From Nitrospirota bacterium (GTDB lineage: Bacteria > Nitrospirota > Nitrospiria > Nitrospirales > NS-4), in assembly GCA_005877815.1 (NCBI GenBank), contig VBOG01000013.1:2261-66260 (forward strand): DNA of 64,000 nt, read 5' to 3'. A program made the position numbers and the translations under genes. The notes under the pieces are model-generated. The model searched no databases, was not told where the DNA came from, and saw nothing but the letters and a program-made list of their open reading frames with translations. This document shows positions 46,791-57,229 of this stretch, in pieces (the first letter of the stretch is position 1; each line of letters starts with the position of its first letter).

Positions 46791-47615
46791 ATGTCGCTGA
46801 AGAATATCCCCGTTGATCTCCTGATCAAGTATGGATTGCAGGTCCTCGGTGCGATCGTCATTCTCGGTGTCGGCCTCCTGTTAGCGCGGTGGGTCGGAAA
46901 CCTGGTTCAGAAAGGACTCCAGCGCCAGGACATGGAACCTCCGATCCGGACGCTACTGGTGCGTTTCATCAAGGTGCTCGTGATCGCGTTCACGCTTGTC
47001 GTGGCGCTCGACACCTTCGGAGTGAAAGTCGCGCCGCTCATCGCGGGCATCGGCATCGCCGGCGTGGGTATCGGCATCGCGCTACAAGGCGTGCTCAGCA
47101 ACGTCATGGCCGGGCTCTCGATCATTTTCACGAAACCGTACCGCGTGGGCGAGTATATCGAAATCGCCGGGGTCTACGGGCAGGTGGAGACGATCGACAT
47201 CTTCTCGACAAAACTGGTCCACGCGGACCGGTCGCGGGTCGTGATTCCCAACCGGAAAATCGTCGGAGAAATCCTGCACAACTACGGCACGACGCGCCAG
47301 CTCACACTGACCGTCGGTATCGGCTATGGTTCCAACATCTCGGAGGCGCTTGCGATCGCTCAGGATGTGGTTGCCAAGAACCCTCGGGTTCTCAAGGACC
47401 CCGCCCCGGCGATCGGCATCTCTATGTTGGCTGATTCCGCCATCACGATTTCGGTCCAACCCTGGGTGAAGGTCGGCGATTACGGTTCCGCTCAGGCGGA
47501 GGTCTACCAGGCGCTCGTGGAACGGTTGCGCGCGCGGAGCATCGAGATCCCCTTTCCGCAGCGCGAAGTGCGCCTCGTGAACGGTGTCTCAGCGGCCCCG
47601 GTTCGAACGGGCTAA
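46791..47615 (+). CDS. small-conductance mechanosensitive channel (MscS family)
   Basis: 274 aa. Three TM helices, then GLSIIFTKPYRVGEYIEIAGVYGQVETIDIFSTKL...D...V.IPN (MscS beta-domain signature). Confidence 0.85.
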   Translation: MSLKNIPVDLLIKYGLQVLGAIVILGVGLLLARWVGNLVQKGLQRQDMEPPIRTLLVRFIKVLVIAFTLVVALDTFGVKVAPLIAGIGIAGVGIGIALQGVLSNVMAGLSIIFTKPYRVGEYIEIAGVYGQVETIDIFSTKLVHADRSRVVIPNRKIVGEILHNYGTTRQLTLTVGIGYGSNISEALAIAQDVVAKNPRVLKDPAPAIGISMLADSAITISVQPWVKVGDYGSAQAEVYQALVERLRARSIEIPFPQREVRLVNGVSAAPVRTG

Positions 47616-47619
47616 CGAT

Positions 47620-48567
47620 TCACAACATTCTCAGCGTCTGCAAAACGTTTTCCATGTCCTGAGGCGGCGGCACCGAATATTCGAGGTGTGAGCCGGTTGT
47701 GGGGTGTTTGAAGCCCAGCGTGCAGGCATGGAGCATCGGTCGGTCAATCGACCCCTCATTCACCAGGCACACCTTACGGCCTCCATAGGCATCGTCCCCG
47801 AGCAGGGGGTGGCCAAGCGACGCGAGGTGGACCCGTATCTGGTGTGTGCGGCCCGTTTGAGGACGGACTTCCACGAGAGTCGCCGCCTTCCCGAAACGCT
47901 CCACCACCACAAACTCGGTGACGGCTTGTCGCGGGGACGTCGTGCGGACGGAGATCTTTTTTCGGTCCTTCGTGTCGCGTCCGATGGCCAAATCCACACG
48001 TCCCGTCTTGCCCTTTATCGAACCAAGAACAAGGGCCTGGTAAACCCGGTGGATACTGTGGTCCTTGAACTGCTTGGAAAGGCCCTGGTGCGCCGCGTCG
48101 GTCTTGGCGATCACCATGACGCCGCTCGTGCCTTTGTCGAGACGATGCACCAACCCCGGTCGCTCCCGACCGCCAATGCCGGAAAGATTCGGCCACTCCG
48201 CTCCCGGACGCTGCAAATGGTGCAGGAGCGCATTGACGAGTGTGCCGCTCCAGTGCCCCGGCGCCGGATGGACGACAATCCCTGCCGGCTTGTTCAAAAC
48301 TAACAGCGCCTCGTCCTCGAACAGGACTTCCAGAGGGATCGCTTCGCCGGCGATTTCAAGAGGAGCGGCCTTCGGCACATCCCAGGCGATTTCGTCTCCC
48401 GGTCTGATTTTGAGCGAGGCTTTGGCGGGTTTCCCATTCACCGTGACGGCGCCCTTTTCGATCAAGCGCTGAACGGCGGCACGGGACAGGTCGGCGGTAT
48501 GGTTGCTGAGGAAGAGGTCCAGTCGCTTGGGAGTTTCGCCGGCGGAAATCGTGAGGTTTTGATTCAC
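47620..48567 (-). CDS. rluD: 23S rRNA pseudouridine synthase RluD (RluA family with S4 domain)
   Basis: S4 segment RLDLFLS...SRAAVQRLI..G.V.VNG, and the catalytic HRLDKGTSGV motif. Confidence 0.85.
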   Translation of the reverse strand: MNQNLTISAGETPKRLDLFLSNHTADLSRAAVQRLIEKGAVTVNGKPAKASLKIRPGDEIAWDVPKAAPLEIAGEAIPLEVLFEDEALLVLNKPAGIVVHPAPGHWSGTLVNALLHHLQRPGAEWPNLSGIGGRERPGLVHRLDKGTSGVMVIAKTDAAHQGLSKQFKDHSIHRVYQALVLGSIKGKTGRVDLAIGRDTKDRKKISVRTTSPRQAVTEFVVVERFGKAATLVEVRPQTGRTHQIRVHLASLGHPLLGDDAYGGRKVCLVNEGSIDRPMLHACTLGFKHPTTGSHLEYSVPPPQDMENVLQTLRML

Positions 48568-48574
48568 ACGTGTG

Positions 48575-49117
48575 TCAGGAAACGTGGGTCTGCGCCGGCA
48601 CCCCGGCGTTTTGCTTGAAGAAGTGCAGGATCAGCAATCCGACGCCGACGGTGATGGCGGAATCGGCGACGTTGAACGCGGGCCAGTGATACCCGAAGAG
48701 AGAGAAGTCGAGAAAATCTATCACCTCGCCGAACTGAACGCGGTCGATGAGATTACCGATCGCGCCGCCGAAGATGGCTGCGACGCTGGCTTGTCCCAAC
48801 CGGTCATCGGAAGACAGACGCGAATAAATCGTGCCAAGGAGCACGAGCGCAATAACCGACGTCAGTCCGAAGAAGATCATCCGGAAGCCCGCCTGGCTGC
48901 CCGCCATGATGCCGAACGCCGCGCCGGAATTGCGAATGTACGTGAGATGAAAGACATCGGGAATGACCGGGATGGATTCGTGCAGCCGCATTTCATTGCG
49001 GACCAGCCACTTGGTCCATTGGTCGAACGTGACGACCGAAAAGACGATTGCCGCCATCGCCGCCAATAGAGAAGCTTGCCATGCCCCCTTCCGACCCTCA
49101 GGCGATGGAGTCACCAT
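48575..49117 (-). CDS. lspA: lipoprotein signal peptidase (signal peptidase II)
   Basis: 180 aa. DQWTK, NSGAAFG, GGAIGNLIDR and FNVAD motifs. Confidence 0.9.
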   Translation of the reverse strand: MVTPSPEGRKGAWQASLLAAMAAIVFSVVTFDQWTKWLVRNEMRLHESIPVIPDVFHLTYIRNSGAAFGIMAGSQAGFRMIFFGLTSVIALVLLGTIYSRLSSDDRLGQASVAAIFGGAIGNLIDRVQFGEVIDFLDFSLFGYHWPAFNVADSAITVGVGLLILHFFKQNAGVPAQTHVS

Positions 49118-49118
49118 G

Positions 49119-51896
49119 CTAGATCACCGCCTCCACGCAACGGTCGCAGAGATCAGGATGCATCTTATTCTCGCCAACAGTGTTCTGGTAACGCCAGCAG
49201 CGTGCGCACTTCTTGCCTTCTGCTTTAACTACTTTCACTTCAAAGTCCGGGCGCTCAGGCAAATGATGCACTTCTTTCAATTCAACTTGAGAAACAATAA
49301 AGAGTCCAGGCAAGTCATTGCAATTCGATAGCATTTCGTACTTCTCTGGATTAGCATCAATCAAAACTTTCGCTTCAAGCGGCGCTCCGATCAGTTTTTC
49401 TCGACGCTTCTCCTCTAATTCTGCTTGCACTTTTGAACGAACATCGAGCAGTTTTTCCCATCGTTCTACCAGTTTCTCATCGCGATAACGAGAGTCCCCT
49501 TGGGGAAATTGTGTCAGGTGGACGCTTGATGCACCGCGCTGATTGTCTGGAATACTCTGCCAGATTTCTTCGGCGGTAAAGGTCAAGATCGGAGCCATCA
49601 GCTTCGTGAGCGACAGCAGGATTTCATGCAGCACGCGCTGCGACGCGCGCCGCGCGGGAGAGTCCTTGCGGAAGGTATAGAGGCGGTCTTTGAGCACGTC
49701 GAGATAGATGGCACTCATGTCAACAGAGCAGAAGTAGTCAAGTTCATGGAAGATCTGGCGGAAATCAAACTTCTCATAATTATGCCCAACGCATTCTATG
49801 AGGCGATGGAGCCTCATTAGCGCCCAGTGATCGATTTCCGAAAGTTGATCATCGGACGGTGCATCGTTGGCGGGTTCGTAATCGTCGAGGTTACCGAGAA
49901 GAAATCTGGTGGTATTTCGAATTTTCCTATAGGCATCACTTAAACGCGTAAGAATCGTTGGTGAGAGCCGAAGGTCCTCCGTATAGTCCTGCGCAGACAC
50001 CCAAAGACGCAAAATATCTGCACCGTACTGTTTCATTACCTCCTGGGGCGCGACGACGTTGCCGGCGGACTTAGACATCTTCTTGCCTTCGCCATCCACC
50101 ACGAAGCCGTGCGTCAAAACGGAATCGTACGGGGCGCGGCCGTCCGTCGTGACACCCGCCAGCAGCGCGCTATGGAACCAGCCGCGATGCTGGTCCGAAC
50201 CTTCCAAGTAGAGGGCCGCCGGCCACCATTGTCTTGGCTTAAGAACGCCGGCATAGCTCACTCCCGATTCGAACCAGACGTCGAGAATGTCATGCTCCTT
50301 TTCGAAGGCTGTACTGTGACATTGGGGACAGACTGTGCCGGCCGGCAGAAGCGCGGCAACGTCTTTTTCGAACCACACATCGGTGCCATGTTGCTCCACC
50401 AACTTCGTGATATGTTCGACGATCTCCGGACTCACCAGAATAAAGTGGCATTTCTGGCAAGAGAAGCCTGGAATCGGAACGCCCCACACGCGCTGCCGCG
50501 ACAGACACCAGTCAGGACGGTTCTCGATCATGCCGTGAATCCGATCGCGTCCCCAGGACGGAATCCATTTGACCCGCTCGATTTCCTTCAGCGCTTTCGT
50601 TCGCAGACCGTTCTTCTCCATTGAAACGAACCACTGATCTGTCGCGCGGAAGATCACTGGATTCTTGCAACGCCAGCAGTGGGGATAGGAATGGGTGAGC
50701 TTCGTCTCTCCGAGCAACAATCCGCGTTCTTTTAAGTTTTCCGTAATCTTTGGATTCGCCTCAAAAACCTTGAGGCTCTGAAACTCCGGGACTTCTTCAG
50801 TAAAACGGCCTCGATTGTCGACAGGCGCAAGGACTTTTAGAGACGAGTTCCGCAAGGAGAGCTCATAGTCTTCCTGCCCATGACCGGGTGCAATGTGAAC
50901 ACAGCCAGTGCCTTGGTCCAACGTCACGAAATCCGCAAGCAATACCGGCGAAAGGCCCTTCGACAGCGGTCTCCGGCATAGCAATTGATGGAGGTCGGTT
51001 CCTTTGGCACGATGAAGGATCGTACCGGAAGAAAAGCCGCACGCCTTCGCGACCGCTTCGACCAATTGTTCGGCGATCACGAAAGCTTCATCTCCGACCT
51101 TCACAAACACATAATCGAAATCGGGGTGAACGGCGATGGCCTGGTTTGCGGGAAGCGTCCATGGCGTTGTGGTCCAGATGACGATGGAGATCTGCTGGAC
51201 GTCAGGGGGAACGACAATGCCTTGCTTGGCCAGTTCCTTGGGCGACCCTTCCAACGCAAACTTCACATAAATCGAGGGTGAGGTGTGGTCCTCATACTCG
51301 ACCTCAGCCTCGGCCAGCGCGGTTTCGTCCACCGGGCACCACAGCACGGGCTTCTTGCCCTTGTACACGCCGCCAGCTTTCACGAATTTGCCGAACTCAC
51401 GGAGGATGGTCGCCTCATAATCGTGGGTCATCGTGAGATACGGATGCTCCCAATCCCCGAGCACTCCCAGTCGCTTAAACTCATCGCGCTGGATCTTGAA
51501 GAATTTGTCCGCATAGTCTCGGCAGAGTTTCCGTATTTCCAATTTGCCGAGCGTTTTCTTTTTCTCGCCCAATTCCTTCAACACTTGGTGCTCGATGGGA
51601 AGGCCGTGGCAATCCCACCCCGGTACGTACGGCGCGTGATAGCCTTCCATCGTCTTCGATTTCACGATGATGTCCTTGAGGATCTTATTGAGCGCATGAC
51701 CGATGTGGATTCGACCATTGGCATACGGCGGGCCGTCGTGCAGGACGTAACGGCCCTTGGGGTGCTCGGCTTTTTGAATCTGCTCGTAAAGCCGCTCCTG
51801 CTCCCATTTGGCAAGCATCACCGGTTCGCGTTCCGGGAGGTTTGCCTTCATCGGAAAGTCCGTCTGCGGGAGATTGAGCGTCGCTTTATAGTCCAT
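49119..51896 (-). CDS. ileS: isoleucine--tRNA ligase
   Basis: MDYKATLNLPQTDFPM start, PPYANGRIHIGHAL (HIGH), KMSKSAGN (KMSKS), and a C-terminal Zn finger CARCW...CDRC. The ORF is open to 51977, but the alignment-typical start is 51896. Confidence 0.95.
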   Translation of the reverse strand: MDYKATLNLPQTDFPMKANLPEREPVMLAKWEQERLYEQIQKAEHPKGRYVLHDGPPYANGRIHIGHALNKILKDIIVKSKTMEGYHAPYVPGWDCHGLPIEHQVLKELGEKKKTLGKLEIRKLCRDYADKFFKIQRDEFKRLGVLGDWEHPYLTMTHDYEATILREFGKFVKAGGVYKGKKPVLWCPVDETALAEAEVEYEDHTSPSIYVKFALEGSPKELAKQGIVVPPDVQQISIVIWTTTPWTLPANQAIAVHPDFDYVFVKVGDEAFVIAEQLVEAVAKACGFSSGTILHRAKGTDLHQLLCRRPLSKGLSPVLLADFVTLDQGTGCVHIAPGHGQEDYELSLRNSSLKVLAPVDNRGRFTEEVPEFQSLKVFEANPKITENLKERGLLLGETKLTHSYPHCWRCKNPVIFRATDQWFVSMEKNGLRTKALKEIERVKWIPSWGRDRIHGMIENRPDWCLSRQRVWGVPIPGFSCQKCHFILVSPEIVEHITKLVEQHGTDVWFEKDVAALLPAGTVCPQCHSTAFEKEHDILDVWFESGVSYAGVLKPRQWWPAALYLEGSDQHRGWFHSALLAGVTTDGRAPYDSVLTHGFVVDGEGKKMSKSAGNVVAPQEVMKQYGADILRLWVSAQDYTEDLRLSPTILTRLSDAYRKIRNTTRFLLGNLDDYEPANDAPSDDQLSEIDHWALMRLHRLIECVGHNYEKFDFRQIFHELDYFCSVDMSAIYLDVLKDRLYTFRKDSPARRASQRVLHEILLSLTKLMAPILTFTAEEIWQSIPDNQRGASSVHLTQFPQGDSRYRDEKLVERWEKLLDVRSKVQAELEEKRREKLIGAPLEAKVLIDANPEKYEMLSNCNDLPGLFIVSQVELKEVHHLPERPDFEVKVVKAEGKKCARCWRYQNTVGENKMHPDLCDRCVEAVI

Positions 51897-52063
51897 CACT
51901 GACTGCTTCCCATTTGCTGTCGCCGAATCAGAAAGGCTGAAGGGCTCAAGGATAACAGCAGAAATCCATCGTAACATCCGTCACCAATGGAATCAATATG
52001 ATAGAACGTACACCGGATGCAGTTTCATGGTTACTCGGAACTGATTTGTGATACGGTATTCGC

Positions 52064-52630
52064 ATGTCATCCGGAAATTTAGCCGATATTCTTCCGTCCA
52101 CCACACCAACGTTGGGCAATGAAAAAGCCCCGATTGTCCTTGTCGAATTTTCCGATTTCACGTGCGGGTATTGCGGCAAGTTCTTTCGCGACACACTTCC
52201 GCTGTTAAAATCACAGTACTTCGAGACCGGGAAGGTCCGCTTTGCCTATCGGGACTATCCACGGGATGAGGGAGGCGTCGGTCTCGTCGCAGCGCATGCC
52301 GCACGATGCGCCGGAGCACAGGACCGGTACTGGGATATGCATGACCGACTTTTTAATAGCGCCTCCCGGCTCGGAACGTCGGTGATTATGAAGGCGGCCA
52401 AAGAATGCGGCCTGAATATCAATGCCTTCGCCGCATGCATGGACACGCAGAAGCACATTCAGTCAATCCTGGAAGATCGAGACGTGGCGATGCGGCTTTT
52501 CAGGGGCACGCCGGGATTTCTCATCGCCCGCACCGACGGTAAAAGGTTTACCGACGCCTTCACAATTCCAGGCGCCCTTCCCTACCGCACGTTTCAGAAC
52601 GAGATTGAGAAGCTACTGAAGAGGACCTGA
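52064..52630 (+). CDS. DsbA-family thioredoxin-fold protein, no signal peptide visible
   Basis: VEFSDFTCGYCGKF is a CxxC active site in a DsbA-like context. The N-terminus MSSGNLADILPSTTP is hydrophilic. Confidence 0.7.
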   Translation: MSSGNLADILPSTTPTLGNEKAPIVLVEFSDFTCGYCGKFFRDTLPLLKSQYFETGKVRFAYRDYPRDEGGVGLVAAHAARCAGAQDRYWDMHDRLFNSASRLGTSVIMKAAKECGLNINAFAACMDTQKHIQSILEDRDVAMRLFRGTPGFLIARTDGKRFTDAFTIPGALPYRTFQNEIEKLLKRT

Positions 52631-52660
52631 CCTGACTTCGATGCTGGCAGGAACGACCTG

Positions 52661-53773
52661 CTAAGAGACGTCGAGCATTCTCTCCAATGCAATCCGTGCC
52701 CAACGCTTTTCATCCTCAGGAACCGAGATCTGGTTCACGACCCGGCCATCGGCAAGATTTTCCATCGCCCAGCAGAGATGCGGAGCGTCGATTCGATACA
52801 TCGTCGAGCACTGGCAAACGGTCGGCGACAGGAAATAGACCTGCTTCTCCGGTTGCCGCCGTTTGAGACGGTTGACGAGATTAAGTTCCGTCCCGACACC
52901 CCAGACGGTGCCGGGAGCCGCCGCAGAGACAGTCCGGATAATCAGTTCTGTCGACCCGGACATATCAGCAAGATTGACCACATCTTCATGGCACTCAGGG
53001 TGTACGATGATCTTGATCCCCGGATGTTTTTCTTTGAAATACCGTACGTGCGCCGGTTGGAACATCTGGTGGACGCTGCAGAAGCCCTTCCACAGCAGCA
53101 ATCGTGCCTTCTTGATGGCCTCGGGAGTATGGCCGCCGTTCGGCAGGAAGGGGTCCCATACAAGCATTTCTTCGCGGGGAACCCCCATCTTGTTGGCCGT
53201 ATTACGTCCCAAATGCTCATCTGGAAAAAAGAGGATCTTCTCGCGACGTTTCCAAGACCATTCGATGACGCGCTGAGCGTTTGACGAGGTGCAGGTGATG
53301 CCGCCGTGCTCGCCGCAGAATGCTTTCAAGACTGCGGCTGAATTCACATAGACGACCGGCGTGACGGTCTGCTCAACCGGCAGGATCCCAGCGAGCTGCT
53401 CCCAGGCTTCGTCCACCTGCTCAATCTGCGCCATATCAGCCATGGAGCAACCGGCCGCCATGTCCGGCAGGATGACCGTCTGCCCGGACTTGCTGAGAAC
53501 GTCGGCCGTTTCCGCCATGAAGTGAACACCACAGAACACAATATAATCATGACCGGATCGCTCCGAAGCGATTTGAGACAGCTTCAGCGAATCGCCTTCG
53601 ATGTCCGCGTGTCGAATTACTTCATCGCGTTGATAGTTATGCCCGAGAATCAGGACGCGATCGCCGAGCGCTTGCTTGGCCGCTTCGGTCCGTTCCGCCA
53701 ATTCCTCGAGAGAAAGATCGCGGTAGACCGGTAGACTGGTCGGTTGATTAAGGACTGAAATCGATCCCGCCAT
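52661..53773 (-). CDS. nadA: quinolinate synthase
   Basis: 370 aa. ILGHNYQ, FCGVHFMAE, CSMA, PDEHLG and VHPEC motifs. Confidence 0.92.
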   Translation of the reverse strand: MAGSISVLNQPTSLPVYRDLSLEELAERTEAAKQALGDRVLILGHNYQRDEVIRHADIEGDSLKLSQIASERSGHDYIVFCGVHFMAETADVLSKSGQTVILPDMAAGCSMADMAQIEQVDEAWEQLAGILPVEQTVTPVVYVNSAAVLKAFCGEHGGITCTSSNAQRVIEWSWKRREKILFFPDEHLGRNTANKMGVPREEMLVWDPFLPNGGHTPEAIKKARLLLWKGFCSVHQMFQPAHVRYFKEKHPGIKIIVHPECHEDVVNLADMSGSTELIIRTVSAAAPGTVWGVGTELNLVNRLKRRQPEKQVYFLSPTVCQCSTMYRIDAPHLCWAMENLADGRVVNQISVPEDEKRWARIALERMLDVS

Positions 53774-53905
53774 AGCTTTTCCCGGGTTCTCTCAAAGCAA
53801 GTAGTGGAAAGTATTCTAGAATACTAAGGACGAGTATGGCCTTTGTCAATGAGGCCAAGGACTCATATGCGCCAAAAGCACCAGAAAACCTGGGTTTAGG
53901 GCTGG

Positions 53906-53935
53906 TTGACAGTCCGAAAATCCGCAGTGTACAGT
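53906..53935 (+). promoter_or_regulatory. candidate sigma70-type promoter of the thiamine operon
   Basis: TTGACA (53906-53911), an 18-nt spacer, then TACAGT (53930-53935). The predicted start falls just before the riboswitch P1 stem. Confidence 0.4.
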
Positions 53936-53945
53936 ACGTGATCTA

Positions 53946-54046
53946 ATAGCTAGGGGAGCCTTGACGGCTGAGAGCGCGGCGAAGGCCGCGTACCCTCTGA
54001 ACCTGATCTGGATAATACCAGCGAAGGGAAGCGATGGAACTCTGAT
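53946..54046 (+). promoter_or_regulatory. TPP (THI-box) riboswitch
   Basis: ctaggggagcc...ggctgaga...accctctgaacctgatctggataataccagcgaagggaagc contains the invariant CUGAGA, ACC..UGAACCUGAUCUGGAUAAUACCAGCG.AGGGA core, directly upstream of thiC. Confidence 0.9.
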
Positions 54047-54049
54047 GAG

Positions 54050-56007
<1,958 letters not shown>

Positions 56008-56035
56008 GCAACCCTCCGCTGACATAGAGGCAGTT

Positions 56036-56836
56036 ATGGCAAACAAATGGACGGCTCCCCTGAGGGAGCGAGACATCACGCGGCAGATCGCGCGGGAATA
56101 TTTCCAGGAATTCGATCGGCTCATCGAAAGCGACGTCATCATCGTCGGCGGCGGCCCGTCTGGACTGCTCTGTGCGCACGACTTGGCCGCGGCGGGTTTC
56201 AAGACGCTCCTGATCGAGCAGGCCCTTTTTCTCGGCGGGGGATTCTGGTCCGGCGGGTACTTGATGAACAAGGCCACGATTTGCGCACCGGCCGACACAA
56301 TCCTCGACGAATTGCACATCCCCTCCAAACGCATCAAAGAATGCGAAGGCATGTTCATCGTGGACCCGCCCCACGCGACCGCGAAGTTGATCGCCGCCGC
56401 GTACGACGCGGGCGCGAAGGTCTTAAATCTCACGAAGGTGATTGACCTGATTCTGCGCCGGGAAAGCGTGCTGGAAGGGGTCGTCGCGAACTGGTCTCCG
56501 GTGGAAAACGCCGGACATGATGCCGTGCACGTGGACCCGATTGCGCTCGAATCGAAAATTGTGGTGGACGCGACCGGCCATGATGCGGCCGTGGTCGCCC
56601 TCCTGAACAAGCGGGGCCTCTACAAAGCCGTCCCGGGCAATGGCGCGATGTGGGTAGAGCGCTCCGAAGAATTGGTGGTCGAAAATACGCGCGAAGTCTA
56701 CCCCAATTGTTTTCTCGCCGGCCTGTCCGTATCGGCGGTGGACGCGTCGCCTCGTATGGGCCCGGCTTTTGGCGCCATGTTGCTTTCCGGCCGTCGCGCG
56801 GCGGAACTCGTCAAGAAGAAGCTCAAACAGGAATAG
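56036..56836 (+). CDS. thi4: Thi4-family thiazole synthase (archaeal/eukaryotic type)
   Basis: ITRQIAREYF...DVIIVGGGPSGL, GGG.WSGG, AVHVDPIA and VVDATGHDA are Thi4 signatures. It directly follows thiC. Confidence 0.8.
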   Translation: MANKWTAPLRERDITRQIAREYFQEFDRLIESDVIIVGGGPSGLLCAHDLAAAGFKTLLIEQALFLGGGFWSGGYLMNKATICAPADTILDELHIPSKRIKECEGMFIVDPPHATAKLIAAAYDAGAKVLNLTKVIDLILRRESVLEGVVANWSPVENAGHDAVHVDPIALESKIVVDATGHDAAVVALLNKRGLYKAVPGNGAMWVERSEELVVENTREVYPNCFLAGLSVSAVDASPRMGPAFGAMLLSGRRAAELVKKKLKQE

Positions 56837-56854
56837 ATCGGAAAGCAGGACAGC

Positions 56855-57229
56855 GTGGATAGCAAACACATCCTGGTCGCGATCAACGACGTGTTCTTCT
56901 ACACAAAGGTCAGGGATGCCCTGAAGCCTCGGGGTTACACCCTTGAAAAAGCGCGAACCCAGGACGACGTCACGGGTAAAGCGGAAACCACCCGGCCATC
57001 GCTGATCATCCTGAATCTCAACGACGAGTCCTTGGACGCCTTCAAGGCGCTTGAAAGCCTGAAAGGCGACGCCCGTTACAAATCGATTCCGGTGCTGGCC
57101 TTTGCGAATCATGAAGAAGTGGACAACTGGAAGCGCGCCCAGCAGATGGGTGTCGCTAAGATCGTCTCACGAAACGAATTCTCCTCGAGAACGCTGGCAT
57201 TGGTCCAGGAAGTTCTCGGCAAAAAATGA
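56855..57229 (+). CDS. stand-alone receiver-like domain with degenerate phospho-acceptor pocket (pseudo-receiver)
   Basis: A (beta-alpha)5 CheY-like pattern, but ILVAINDV replaces DD, LIILNLND replaces the acceptor D, VLAFANH replaces T/S, and IVSRNEF replaces KP. Confidence 0.6.
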   Translation: MDSKHILVAINDVFFYTKVRDALKPRGYTLEKARTQDDVTGKAETTRPSLIILNLNDESLDAFKALESLKGDARYKSIPVLAFANHEEVDNWKRAQQMGVAKIVSRNEFSSRTLALVQEVLGKK

